Below, piece after piece: positions 26,530 to 36,614 of a DNA stretch of 63,232 nucleotides (positions within the stretch are counted from its first letter, which is position 1; every line of letters begins with the position of its first letter). This stretch comes from Candidatus Velthaea sp. (GTDB lineage Bacteria; Vulcanimicrobiota; Vulcanimicrobiia; Vulcanimicrobiales; Vulcanimicrobiaceae), in the NCBI GenBank assembly GCA_050012475.1, contig JBEKHC010000015.1:1-63232 (forward strand). The letters are read 5' to 3'. The notes under the pieces were generated by a model. That model was not told the DNA's origin, made no database searches, and worked only from the letters and a program-made list of their open reading frames with translations. A program made the position numbers and the translations under genes.

Positions 26530-28062
26530 TTAAGACGTCGCGCCGGCGGCTCCGGTTGCGCTCGGGCGTTCGTGCAGCGGGCGCTGCAGCGGAAACAAGA
26601 TGACGTCGCGGATCGAGGCGTTGTTGGTCAGCAGCATGACGAGCCGGTCGACCCCCACGCCGATGCCGGCGGTCGGCGGCATGCCGACCTCGAGCGCGTT
26701 GACGAAATCCCAGTCGGGCGGTGGCACTTCTTCGTCACCCGCCGAGCGTTCGGCGATCTGAAGATTGAACCGCCGCCGCTGATCGTCGGGATCGTTGAGT
26801 TCGCTGAACGCGTTGGCGAGTTCCATGTACGCGCCGAACAGCTCGTAGCGTTCGGTGAGTTCGGAGTCGTCGGCCATCCGTTTCGCCAGCGGCGACAAAA
26901 CGACGGGATAACCGTAGACGAAGGTCGGCTCGAGCAGATGCGGCTCGACGACGCGCTCGAAGATCTTGTCCAACGCGTGCGCATGCGTCGGCGACGCCGG
27001 CAGTCCGAACTCGGCCAGAATCCCTTGAGCTTCGGCGAAGTCCAGCAGCCGGTCGCGCTGCAAGCCGCCGAACTCGTTCATCGCTTCGAGGTACCCGATG
27101 CGTTTGAACGGCGTCGCGAACGAGATCGCGTTTTCACCAAACATCAGCGTGTCGCCGCCGTGCACGCTGCGGACCAGATGCGCGAACAAGTCTTCGTTGA
27201 ATTGCATCATCTCGTGAACCGACCAATACGCCGCATACAGTTCGAGCATCGTAAACTCGGGATTGTGCGTGGTGTCGATGCCTTCGTTGCGGAAGATGCG
27301 GCCGATCTCGTAAACCCGCTCGAGGCCGCCGACGATCAGGCGTTTGAGATTGAGTTCGGTCGCGATCCGCAGCGTGAGCCCGATATCACCCAGCGCGTTG
27401 GAGCGGGTGAGGAAGGGCCGCGCCGCCGCGCCGCCGGCGATGTGCAGCAGCACCGGCGTTTCGCACTCGTAGAAGCCGCGCTCATCGATGAACCGGCGCA
27501 TCTCGGCGACGATCTTCGAGCGTGTGATGAAGACCTCGCGAACGTGCGGATTGACGGCGAGATCGACGTAGCGCTGCCGGTAGCGCTTTTCGACGTCGGT
27601 GAGCCCGTGCCACTTATCGGGCAACGGCGCGAGCGCTTTGCCCAGGACCTCGAACGACGTGACGTGCAGCGTCAGCTCGCCCATCTTCGAGCGAAACACG
27701 AAGCCGCGCGCCCCGACGAAATCGCCGCGGTCGAGTTCACGGAACGCGTCGAAAGCGCTGCCGAGTTCGTCCTTTTTCAGGTACAGCTGGAAGCGGCCGC
27801 TGACGTCGTCGATGTCGGCGAAAATAACTTTGCCCTGGCCGCGCGACGCCATTAGCCGGCCGGCGATGGCATGCGTCTGCGCCTGCGCGTGTTCCTGATT
27901 GGCCAGACCCGCGTACGTCCGGGCCAGCTCCGCGGCATGCGCCGTTACGTCGAAACGCGTCGCCCGAAACGGATCGATGCCGCGCTCACGCAACGCGGCC
28001 AGGTTGTTCCGCCTGGCCGCGATGAGCTCCGCTTCACGCTTCCCTACTTCTTCGTCGATCAC
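26530..28062 (-). CDS. lysS: lysine--tRNA ligase (class II)
   Basis: PLPDKWHGLTD.E.RYRQRYVDL, GGAAARPF, FRNEG...HNPEFTMLE, GMPPTAG.G.GVDRL. Confidence 0.99.
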   Translation of the reverse strand: MIDEEVGKREAELIAARRNNLAALRERGIDPFRATRFDVTAHAAELARTYAGLANQEHAQAQTHAIAGRLMASRGQGKVIFADIDDVSGRFQLYLKKDELGSAFDAFRELDRGDFVGARGFVFRSKMGELTLHVTSFEVLGKALAPLPDKWHGLTDVEKRYRQRYVDLAVNPHVREVFITRSKIVAEMRRFIDERGFYECETPVLLHIAGGAAARPFLTRSNALGDIGLTLRIATELNLKRLIVGGLERVYEIGRIFRNEGIDTTHNPEFTMLELYAAYWSVHEMMQFNEDLFAHLVRSVHGGDTLMFGENAISFATPFKRIGYLEAMNEFGGLQRDRLLDFAEAQGILAEFGLPASPTHAHALDKIFERVVEPHLLEPTFVYGYPVVLSPLAKRMADDSELTERYELFGAYMELANAFSELNDPDDQRRRFNLQIAERSAGDEEVPPPDWDFVNALEVGMPPTAGIGVGVDRLVMLLTNNASIRDVILFPLQRPLHERPSATGAAGATS

Positions 28063-28087
28063 GATGCCGGTGCCGATGTTTCCCCGA

Positions 28088-28591
28088 TCACGAAGCTTTC
28101 TTGGCTTTTTTCACTGCTTTGTTGATCGACTCGACTTTGTACTTCATCTGTCCGCGCGGCGTCGTGACATCGACCACGTCGCCTTGCTTGCGGCCCATGA
28201 GCGCGCGGCCGAGCGGGGACTCATTCGAGAGCCGCGCGTTCTTGGGATCGGCCTCGGCCGAACCGACGATCGTAAATTCATGCGAATTACCCGTCCCGGT
28301 CTCTTTGACCCGCACGGTCGCACCGAGATGAACTTCGTCCGCAACGTAGTCGCTCTGATCGATGATGCGCGCGTTGCGAATCATCCCTTCGAGCTTGAGA
28401 ATGCGTCCTTCGACGAACGCCTGCTCTTGCTTGGCGTCCTCGTATTCGGCATTTTCGGAGATGTCGCCGAACTCTTTCGCCTGACGAATTCGTTCGTTGA
28501 CTTCTCTGCGATGAACGGTCTTGAGCTCATCGAGCTCTTCCTGGAGCTTCTTTAACCCATCGCGCGTCAGTACGATCTCTTTATCGTTCAA
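28088..28591 (-). CDS. greA: transcription elongation factor GreA
   Basis: GDISENAEYEDAK, S.ESPLGRAL.G; TTG start with AGGAG RBS. Confidence 0.98.
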   Translation of the reverse strand: MNDKEIVLTRDGLKKLQEELDELKTVHRREVNERIRQAKEFGDISENAEYEDAKQEQAFVEGRILKLEGMIRNARIIDQSDYVADEVHLGATVRVKETGTGNSHEFTIVGSAEADPKNARLSNESPLGRALMGRKQGDVVDVTTPRGQMKYKVESINKAVKKAKKAS

Positions 28592-28602
28592 TCCGGACTC
28601 CT

Positions 28603-28834
28603 GGGAAATGCCGAACGCCGCTCAAGGTGCGGCGTTCCAAACCCGACCCCGCTGATTCGCGAGGGTCCGTCGTGCGTACCTTCCGCCAGACCTGTTACCA
28701 GGCTTACATCTAACGTAACCCGGCCAAACGCGCGGTTCAGATGAGCGCGTGACCAAGCATGCCCGTCCTTGCGCTGCGGAGCTCGACCGGGCGAGGCTTG
28801 GGTTTCGAGCGGCCGCCGAAACGGCACCTTCCCC
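28603..28834 (-). ncRNA. candidate structured leader/ncRNA upstream of greA
   Basis: 5' GGGAAGGUGCCG pairs with 3' CGGCAUUUCCC; AAACCC..GCCUCGC / GCGGGGU.GGGUUU stem; GAACGCCGC/GCGGCGUUC hairpin; CATACT -10-like hexamer at 28840-28845. Confidence 0.45.
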
Positions 28835-28933
28835 TTCGTAGTATGTTAGAAATATACCCGATCTTTGCCGGTGAAAAGCGCTTGGTGCAGGCGTCCCGGC
28901 GTAAGCGCGAGCAGCCGACGCCGGGACGCCGGA

Positions 28934-29608
28934 TCAGCTCTTTTTGTCGGGCGGGCGGTAACGCTCGACGAGTTCGGCGACTTCGCGGGCGGCCTCAGTC
29001 GGCAGTTCGGTCAGACCGCGAACCACGCCGTCGATATCTTCGGCGGGACGATTCTGGCTGAGCTTCGACTTCCCGACGAGCTCGTCGATCGGCAACTCGA
29101 AGGCGACGATCCCTTGCATCATTGCAGCGATGAACTCGTCGGGAGCATCGGTGATGCGCCAGTCGCTCTCGACCGACGTTTCGTGGTGCGCGGTCAATTT
29201 GGAGAGGTGGTCGTGAACCCGCGCGCGATCGTCGACGATCCGCAACGATCCGCGCGCCTGGACGACGACGTAATCGTAGGTCGGGACGACTTTCGCCGTG
29301 CGGCGCTTGGTTTCGTACCACGCCGGAGTGATGTAATGGGCCGGCCCCGTAAACACCGCGAGGGCGCGGACGTCGGGGCGCCGGCGCGCCAACTGCGCGT
29401 TGGGGCGCGCAAGATGACCGCGCAACGTTCCGTACGGCGTCTCGCCGGCTTCGAGTTCGACGGGGACGAGCGACGCTTCGAGTTCCGTGCCGAACGTGAT
29501 GAGCGTGCAGATCCCGACGCGCCGGATGAACGCGAACACGTCGTCCGGGTCCTCCATGGCGAACGGGCGCGGCACGTAAAAATCCGGTTCAGATCGGTCC
29601 GACGGCAT
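28934..29608 (-). CDS. paiB: FMN-binding negative transcriptional regulator (PaiB family)
   Basis: YVP..F, L.GHLARPN.Q, GP.HYITP.WY, VVPT..Y..V, GK.KLSQN. Confidence 0.9.
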   Translation of the reverse strand: MPSDRSEPDFYVPRPFAMEDPDDVFAFIRRVGICTLITFGTELEASLVPVELEAGETPYGTLRGHLARPNAQLARRRPDVRALAVFTGPAHYITPAWYETKRRTAKVVPTYDYVVVQARGSLRIVDDRARVHDHLSKLTAHHETSVESDWRITDAPDEFIAAMMQGIVAFELPIDELVGKSKLSQNRPAEDIDGVVRGLTELPTEAAREVAELVERYRPPDKKS

Positions 29609-29769
29609 GCAACGACGTTCGCGTCCCGAGCCGAAGACGCCCGCGCACACCGGCTGCGGCGAATCGTGAAACGGCGCTTGGAGGTTTGTCAAGAAAGCGC
29701 GGCGACCGGCGGCCGAGCCGCAGATCGAACGCCAAATCGTTCGATAACTTAACCGTGAGACCCGTTGCC

Positions 29770-31074
29770 GTGCGGATCGTGCGCCGCGCCATTCTCCACG
29801 CGTTCGCCGCCGTCGCCGCGCTTCGTCTGGTGCTGCCGGCGCCGGCCGTTGCGGTATCGACGAGTCCGAGCGGCTTGACGGCACAAGTCGATTACAACGC
29901 CGTGGCCCTGGCCTGGTCGGCGCTGAGCGGCGCTCAGAGTTATAACGTCTATCGCGGCTCGTCGAGCGGGGGCGAGACGCTCATGGCAAGCGGGATAACG
30001 TTGCCGGCAAATCTCACCAATCCGGTCTACTACGATCTCACGGCTGCCAACGGCTCGACGTACTACTACGAAGTTTCCGCGGTGAGCGGCGGCCTCGAAG
30101 GCGCGCGGTCAACGGAAGTGCTGGCGGTGCTGCCGAGTTTCACCGGTTACGCCGCCCTCGCATATCAACTCATCGGCGCGCCCAGTGGGATTCCGCCGTA
30201 TGCGCCGGATACCGCATACGTCAGCGCCGGAAATGAAACGTCGCTCGCGAATCCCGTCAACACGAGCGCAGCGATCAATAATCCGGCGCCTGCCGGCGTC
30301 TACAAAGACGAGCACAACGGTCACGGATTCGCCTATACCTTGGGCGGGCTGCAGCCGAACATGCCGTACATCGTGCGGCTGCACGAGTCCGAAAATTATT
30401 GGGGTGTGTCGACCACCTGCGCGAACAACAACAACTGCACGGGTTCCCGCGTTTTCACCGTCACGATCAACGGCGCGGCAGTGTTGCCGCGCTTCGATAT
30501 TTTCGCCGCTGCGGGAGGCTCGGACATCGCCATCGGCCGGGTCTTCAACGCGACGGCGAACAGCTCCGGAACCATCTACCTCGGATTCTGCTCGGCGAAC
30601 ACGCTCACCACGCCGACGACGTGCAGTCCGCCGAGCAATGAAGCCGACCAGGGCAAGATCGACGCGATTCAAGTCTTCGGCCAGTCGCCGCAAATAACGC
30701 TGACGTTGACAGCATCGCCGGCGACCGCGCTTCCCGGCACCGACATCACGTACGCCGAAACGTTCGTGAACGTCGGACTCATGCCCGCGGTCAATACGGC
30801 GATCACGATCCCCGTCCCGAGCAACACCTGTTTCAAGCTCGGTTCGGCAACGCCCGTCTCCGGTTCGAGCGGACTGAGCGCGACGATCGACTACTCGAAC
30901 AGCACCAGCGGCACACCGTCCTACGGTTACGTTCCCGTCAGCGGCAGCTGCGGCACGGCGAGCACCGGCTACGACCCGACCGTGACCTTCGTTCGCTGGA
31001 CGCTGAGCGGCTCGCTGAGTGCGACGCCGCCCAAGAACAGCGGAGCCATCGGCTTTTCGTCACACGTTCGCTAA
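29770..31074 (+). CDS. secreted Fn3 + malectin-like + C-terminal DUF11 protein (putative adhesin)
   Basis: Signal peptide; Fn3 (PSGLTA..V.L.W..YNVYRG..YYY.VSAV); malectin (Y.VRLH..E.YW...G.RVF.V.ING..VL..FDIFAAAG); DUF11 (PGTDITY...FVN.G...VRW). Confidence 0.8.
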   Translation: MRIVRRAILHAFAAVAALRLVLPAPAVAVSTSPSGLTAQVDYNAVALAWSALSGAQSYNVYRGSSSGGETLMASGITLPANLTNPVYYDLTAANGSTYYYEVSAVSGGLEGARSTEVLAVLPSFTGYAALAYQLIGAPSGIPPYAPDTAYVSAGNETSLANPVNTSAAINNPAPAGVYKDEHNGHGFAYTLGGLQPNMPYIVRLHESENYWGVSTTCANNNNCTGSRVFTVTINGAAVLPRFDIFAAAGGSDIAIGRVFNATANSSGTIYLGFCSANTLTTPTTCSPPSNEADQGKIDAIQVFGQSPQITLTLTASPATALPGTDITYAETFVNVGLMPAVNTAITIPVPSNTCFKLGSATPVSGSSGLSATIDYSNSTSGTPSYGYVPVSGSCGTASTGYDPTVTFVRWTLSGSLSATPPKNSGAIGFSSHVR

Positions 31075-31151
31075 CCTCAACCTGATGCCGGGCGCGTCCG
31101 GCCCGGCGAAGCCGAACGCCACCGCGGCTTGCGGCGCAGCCGCAAACGCCA

Positions 31152-31184
31152 TGGATTCGCGGCGCGTTCAGCGCCGCGAATCCA
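31152..31184. terminator. stem-loop, probable terminator between convergent genes
   Basis: 14-bp perfect stem TGGATTCGCGGCGC-GTTCA-GCGCCGCGAATCCA. Confidence 0.6.
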
Positions 31185-31185
31185 G

Positions 31186-34100
31186 TTAGTGCTCAGCGCC
31201 CCAGCCGAAGATGCGGTCGATCGTGGTGGTCAACGTCACGTACACGCCTTTGCGCGTCGGTGCGGCGGCCAGCGTCGAATCGGCGGTCGTGCCGAAGTTG
31301 TAGCCCAGGGCCGCGCGCAGCGTGTTGCCCGGCAGCGCGCCGACCTCGACCGCCGTCGAATGCAAGCCGCCGCCGGCCGCCCGGGCCAGGACCTCGCGCG
31401 TCTCGATTCCGACGTCGAGTCGCGGTCCGATCCGTTGGCGCGCGCCGACACCGATCAGCGCCGTGCCGACGGCATAGTTGGAGTCGCCGTCGGTTTTGTA
31501 GGCGTAGCGTCCGGTCAGTTCGAGGCGTTCGGCGGGCCGATACACGCCGTCGAGCGACAAGACACCGCTTTGCGCGCCGGCCACGTCCGCGTTGCCCGAA
31601 GCGCGCTGATACCCGGCCAAGAGCGCACCGCGATCGGACAGCGAGGGACGCCAAGCCAAGGCGACGCGTGCATCCGTGGTGGCGTTGCCGAGCGCGCGCG
31701 AACCGTCGTACGCGCCCAAGAGCGACACATCGCCCACGAGTTTTCCCGCCGCTCCGAGCGACCAGGTCGCGCCGCCGCCGTCACCGGTCCGGTCTTGCAG
31801 CGAACCAGTGGCCTTGAGCCGCCCGAACGCGTCGCCGTAGCCCAGCGACAGCCCGTACACCGCGAAACCGCTGGTGTCCGAGCCGTAAGCGACGCCGCGT
31901 TGCACGAACGCGTCGCCTTTGAGCTGCTGCGATAGAACCAAACGCTCGCGAACGCCGATCGCCGCATTGACGTCGGTGCCGTTTCCGGTGCCCGACACCA
32001 AGTATTCGGAATCGACGGACGTGTTCGCGTTGACTTTCTGTTCGATCCCGAATTCGGTTGCATGCGTCGCCGAACCGACGGCCGCCAGATTACCGGTCGA
32101 ATTCGCCAAGCTCAGCGGCGAGTCGGTCCACAATTCGCGCGCATAGATCCGGCCGCGGCCGCCCAGATCCCAGCTTGCCTGCGCCGTCGTTTGCGCCGGC
32201 TGCGTTGCATCGAATCCGCCCACGTTTTGATCGCGCTCCGCCGACAGACTCAGATTTTTCGTTGCCTTCCAATCCGCACCCAGAACCGCTTGCATGACGC
32301 TCGCCTGCGCGTCGGCGTTCGCCGCGCCCGCGGAGCCGGGAACCGCTGCGGCGGTCGTCTCGCTGCCGTGCAGTGCGAGCCCCGCGTGAACCGCGAGCCG
32401 GGCGTTGAGTTTTTCGTGCAGCGTTGCGATGAGATTCGAGCGCATCGACGTTTCATCGACACTAGCGGTCGCCGCGTAATTTTCCCGATCGTAGGCCAGC
32501 GACAGATCGCCGTTTTGGCCGCCGAGGGCGCGCACCAGCGCGACGTGATAGTCGGTGAGTCCCGGGGTGGCGAGATCGCCGAACGGGTTGCCGTAGCCCG
32601 CGGTCGTGGCGTCATAGCCGAAGGAGAATTTGTACGGGCCGCCCGCCGTCGCGCCGGCGAATCGCAGTGCATCGCCGCCGCCATCGCCGACGCCGGTGAG
32701 CGTCCCCGCGCCGATGCCCGGAACGGTGCCGGTGCTCGCTGCATGCGAGACCGACCACGATCCGCCCGGCAGCCGGCCGGCGACGTTTTCGTTGAGTAAG
32801 GCGAAGTTCGCGCTGCCGGTCGAATCGTTGAGGTAGCCCAGACCCAAGCGCAGATCGTCGAAATTCCCCAGCGGCGCATCGAGCCGCGCGCCGGTCGTTT
32901 TCGCATCTCCGCCCAGCGCGGAATACTCGTACGTCACCAAGACCTGCTGCGGATTGAATTGCGCGTCGTACGGCAACGGGATGTCGATGAAGCGAATGAT
33001 GCCCGACGTGTAGTCGATCGTGTAGTCGATGGTGTTCTGCAAAATCGTTTGCCGCAACACGATCCCGGTGTGGCGATCGATGCTGGCCAGCGTCACGGTT
33101 TCGCTGCCGACGACCAGATTGTCGTGGTCGAGCAGATTCAACGTCGCAAGACCGCTGGGGTTGATCAATTCGCGGCCGTAGCCGACCTGGTTGGACGCGC
33201 TGAAGGCAGTTGCCGAGAGCGCCGCTGAACCGCCGCTGATGCGGGCCCCGTCGACTTGCATCGCAACCGCGCCCGCAGCCCCTTGCGGTCCGGTGGTGGC
33301 CTCGAATTCGCCCCACATTGCGTTGGCATGGCCGTCGTCGACCCGCGCGTACAGCCGGTCTTGCGTGAGCGCATCGTTGCGGCGAATGCTCGCATCGCCG
33401 TAGGTGGCGTAGGGCCGGTCGTTGGGATCGGCGTTGAGCGTCCCGGTCGAGGTCGTCGGCGCCAGCGAACCGGCGGTGTCATAACCGATCGTGCCCACCG
33501 CGTTTCCGCTCAACGCGCCCGTTCCGAACAGCGCGACGCGGCCCAGGCGCGAGTTGGTCCCGTCCGGCGCGGTCGGATCGGTTGCCGGATCGCCCGGCAC
33601 CGCACCGACTCCGACGGTCGCGAGACCGGTCACGATCGGCCGCCGGGCGTAGGCCATGACGTCGAGAACGACGCGCGTCGAAAGCGCGGCGACGTCGGCG
33701 TCGATCCGGATGCGCCCGGGATTGACGCCCGGCACCACCGGGATCGTGGCCGTCGAACCGGCCGCCAACGTCACCGCGACCGAACGCAAATTTGCCGCAT
33801 CGGTCGACGCAGTCGCGTCGGTCGAGACGACAATCGTGCCGCCGCTGATCCCCGCCGGCGCGAACGTCGCATCGCCGGCGGCGATCGTGGCTTTGAGTGT
33901 GGCACCGGGGGCGGCTGGATGCCCCCAGCGGTCGAGCACGGCGATACGCACCGCGCACGGCGTCCGGCCGTCGGCGCGCGGCGCAGAGCAGGCCGCACCG
34001 TGAATGACGGCCGGCGCGCCCGGACCCCACACCCGTTCGGTGACGCTGGGGCCGCGCAAGCCGTCCGCACCCAGCGGCGTGAGCACGACGATGTTTTCTC

Positions 34101-34434
34101 CCGGCGCGAGAACCACGCCGTAGTATGTGTAGCGGACGGTTCCGTCGGTTTGCTCGGCGCGCCGTCCCAGCCGCGACGGCGGTATGACCTTTGCATTGAC
34201 CGCGAGTTCCACGCCCGCGCCGGCAACGGTCGCCACCTCGAACGATGTCGCCGGGGCGTTCACGATGCCGCCGTCGTCGGGCGAGATCGCCTTCGCCATG
34301 AGCCCTTCACGGGCCGAATACGTCAGATGCGAAAGATCCCCGTTCGAGGTTGATTGCGCCAGCCCCGGGCCGCACAGGCTCGTCGTGACCAGCGCGAAGA
34401 CCGCGGCTACCGAGAGCGCCTTCATGGCTGACAT
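31186..34434 (-). CDS. large secreted protein with N-terminal Ig-like domains and a predicted C-terminal outer-membrane beta-barrel
   Basis: Signal peptide; about 1080 aa; YGD.S.R, LY.RVD, DY.IDY.SG.I.F motifs; alternating amphipathic strands to the C-terminus (LGYNF..KGVYVTLT). Confidence 0.7.
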   Translation of the reverse strand: MSAMKALSVAAVFALVTTSLCGPGLAQSTSNGDLSHLTYSAREGLMAKAISPDDGGIVNAPATSFEVATVAGAGVELAVNAKVIPPSRLGRRAEQTDGTVRYTYYGVVLAPGENIVVLTPLGADGLRGPSVTERVWGPGAPAVIHGAACSAPRADGRTPCAVRIAVLDRWGHPAAPGATLKATIAAGDATFAPAGISGGTIVVSTDATASTDAANLRSVAVTLAAGSTATIPVVPGVNPGRIRIDADVAALSTRVVLDVMAYARRPIVTGLATVGVGAVPGDPATDPTAPDGTNSRLGRVALFGTGALSGNAVGTIGYDTAGSLAPTTSTGTLNADPNDRPYATYGDASIRRNDALTQDRLYARVDDGHANAMWGEFEATTGPQGAAGAVAMQVDGARISGGSAALSATAFSASNQVGYGRELINPSGLATLNLLDHDNLVVGSETVTLASIDRHTGIVLRQTILQNTIDYTIDYTSGIIRFIDIPLPYDAQFNPQQVLVTYEYSALGGDAKTTGARLDAPLGNFDDLRLGLGYLNDSTGSANFALLNENVAGRLPGGSWSVSHAASTGTVPGIGAGTLTGVGDGGGDALRFAGATAGGPYKFSFGYDATTAGYGNPFGDLATPGLTDYHVALVRALGGQNGDLSLAYDRENYAATASVDETSMRSNLIATLHEKLNARLAVHAGLALHGSETTAAAVPGSAGAANADAQASVMQAVLGADWKATKNLSLSAERDQNVGGFDATQPAQTTAQASWDLGGRGRIYARELWTDSPLSLANSTGNLAAVGSATHATEFGIEQKVNANTSVDSEYLVSGTGNGTDVNAAIGVRERLVLSQQLKGDAFVQRGVAYGSDTSGFAVYGLSLGYGDAFGRLKATGSLQDRTGDGGGATWSLGAAGKLVGDVSLLGAYDGSRALGNATTDARVALAWRPSLSDRGALLAGYQRASGNADVAGAQSGVLSLDGVYRPAERLELTGRYAYKTDGDSNYAVGTALIGVGARQRIGPRLDVGIETREVLARAAGGGLHSTAVEVGALPGNTLRAALGYNFGTTADSTLAAAPTRKGVYVTLTTTIDRIFGWGAEH

Positions 34435-34435
34435 C

Positions 34436-36613
34436 TCAATCCGCCCCCTCATTGACCGCAAAGCTGACGTCGTGCATCAGGCCGGCGTCGAAGATCCCGT
34501 GCACCAGCTGCACGCTGCTGCGCGAATCGTTGACCGCGTGGCCGTGATACGGATGCATGCCGGCCGGCAGCGTGACCGGATCGAGGTGCAGCACGTGCTG
34601 GCCCGGCCGAACCGCCGGAAACGAGAACCGGCCGTCGCCATCGGTCTGCACCGACTCGCCGTCCTCGAGATAAATGCGCACGCCGGGCAGCCCCAAATCG
34701 CCGGGCACGAAGTGCCCGCTATGCGCATGGTCCGCAAAGACGCGTCCGGTGAGGATGCTGCGCGAGCTCAGTGGGCCGCCCACGACGGCGACATCCACCC
34801 CCGCGTCGGTCGTCAGCGCTGCGCCCAGAACCATGACGGACAGATGCGCGCGGGTGTTGATCGTCGTGCTTTCACTGACGCCGGGCAGCACGACGGTATC
34901 GAATGCCAACGTATGGCGGCCGGCAAGATCTTTGACCGGCCACGACAAGCTGCGGGCACTCGCCGCCGGTTCGATCGCGACCGTGTCCAAGCGCGCGGTG
35001 CCGTGGGCGTACGCGACGCCGGCGGGCAGCGCGATCGTGAGTTGAGCGGCGCCGGTCAACGGCTTGTTGCCGGGGCCGAAATCGACGCTGTAGCCAAGCC
35101 GGTCGCCGGCCGACGCGACGGTTCGATCGACCGCGATCGAGAGCGACAGCGCCTGCGGTGAAAAAAGCGGAACGTTGCCGAAAAAGCCGCTGACGCCGGT
35201 AACGCTGACCGGCGCCGACGTCAGGCCGAAACCGCCGACGCTGGCCAGCGGCAAATCGTCGAGCGCGCGCAGCGTCGTGGTTAGCGCGCCGTCGGCAGCC
35301 GTGCCGACCGTCAGTCGAATCTTTCGGTTGAGATAGTCCGGCGCGGTGACGTAGAGATCGTAATCCGTCGAGCGGCTCGACGCCGCAGCCAGCGCGAACC
35401 CGAACGTGCCGCTCGACGCGGTCGAAAACGGATTGACGTTGGACGCGTTGAGCGCCGGCCCGACGGTGGGAAGTTTCGGCGCCAAGCCGGTGTTGGGATC
35501 GATCAGCGAAACCACCGCGCCTGCGATCGGATGTGCCGAGCCGCCCAGCGCGTCGTACACGGTGTCCATTACGCCGACGAAAACAATCGCCGGGACCGCC
35601 GCAATTTTCGCCACCGACTCCGCCGAGATGACCGCCGGATTGGCGATCGTCGTGCCGATCGGGACCGAACTGCTCGTCGTGGCTTGAAAACCGATCGTTA
35701 CGTCGACGCCGGGATCCAGCCGCGGGATCGTCGCGCTAACCGTATTGCCGGCGATCGTGACGCGCGCGCCGACGGAGGCGATCATGCGTGCCGTTCGATG
35801 GTCGACGCTCTGCAGGGTGAGGCTGCCGGCGATCGGGTGCAGATCGGGGGGAATCTGATCCACGACGACGACACCCAGCGCCGGCGCGTCGCCGAGATTG
35901 GTGAACGGCAAATTGAAGTTGAGCGTGCTGCCGGGCTGGGCTTGGGCGACCGGAGCGCCGTTGACGAGGCCGCTGACGGCCAACGCCGCGGATCCGTTCG
36001 AACCGCCGGATGCCGCCGGCGTGTTGGGCGGCGCGACGCCCGAGATTTGCGGGCCGTGCGCGACGAAGACCCAGGCCTTGCCGCTATCGGACTGCGCGCC
36101 GTTGGCCGCGGCCGCGGTCGTCTTCGCCGTCAGTGAAACGGCGATGCTGCTGCCGATCGGCGCATTCGCGGTCGCCACCGCGACCGTCACTGACAGCGAC
36201 GCCCCGGGCGGCACGGCCGGCGATACCGTCGAACCGACGGTCGCCGCCACCGCTGCCGCATTCGCCGGCGCGAAGGCGACGTTTTGGACGCTCCCAGCAC
36301 TGACGCCGGCGGCCGTGATCACGTACGCGTCGCTGATGTTCGACTGGTTCGTGATGATGAAGGTTTTGGTCGCGACGGTTCCAGCCGTCACCGCATCGGC
36401 GGTCGTGTCGGCGGCGGCCTGTTTGGGCATGACCATCGCCGACGAGATCGCCGCGACCGAAACGGCCGCGCTGCTCGAAGCCGCGCCATAGGTGTGGTTG
36501 GCGTTGTCTTGATACGTGCCGCTGCCCGAATTGCTGACGACGACCGCAGCGACCGTTGCTGCGCCGACAGCGAGCGCGACTCCCCAGCCAATGACCGACT
36601 CCGAGAGTGCCAC
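34436..36613 (-). CDS. DUF11-repeat surface protein with C-terminal SdrD-B-like domain
   Basis: Signal peptide; DUF11 motifs (PG.TL.F.L..TN.GD.PA.GVVVVD.IP; GD.L.Y.V...LPAG.AY..G.A); GRVF.D...G....G..GLPGVRIYLEDG..V.TD.DGRFSF. Confidence 0.8.
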   Translation of the reverse strand: MALSESVIGWGVALAVGAATVAAVVVSNSGSGTYQDNANHTYGAASSSAAVSVAAISSAMVMPKQAAADTTADAVTAGTVATKTFIITNQSNISDAYVITAAGVSAGSVQNVAFAPANAAAVAATVGSTVSPAVPPGASLSVTVAVATANAPIGSSIAVSLTAKTTAAAANGAQSDSGKAWVFVAHGPQISGVAPPNTPAASGGSNGSAALAVSGLVNGAPVAQAQPGSTLNFNLPFTNLGDAPALGVVVVDQIPPDLHPIAGSLTLQSVDHRTARMIASVGARVTIAGNTVSATIPRLDPGVDVTIGFQATTSSSVPIGTTIANPAVISAESVAKIAAVPAIVFVGVMDTVYDALGGSAHPIAGAVVSLIDPNTGLAPKLPTVGPALNASNVNPFSTASSGTFGFALAAASSRSTDYDLYVTAPDYLNRKIRLTVGTAADGALTTTLRALDDLPLASVGGFGLTSAPVSVTGVSGFFGNVPLFSPQALSLSIAVDRTVASAGDRLGYSVDFGPGNKPLTGAAQLTIALPAGVAYAHGTARLDTVAIEPAASARSLSWPVKDLAGRHTLAFDTVVLPGVSESTTINTRAHLSVMVLGAALTTDAGVDVAVVGGPLSSRSILTGRVFADHAHSGHFVPGDLGLPGVRIYLEDGESVQTDGDGRFSFPAVRPGQHVLHLDPVTLPAGMHPYHGHAVNDSRSSVQLVHGIFDAGLMHDVSFAVNEGAD

Positions 36614-36614
36614 G

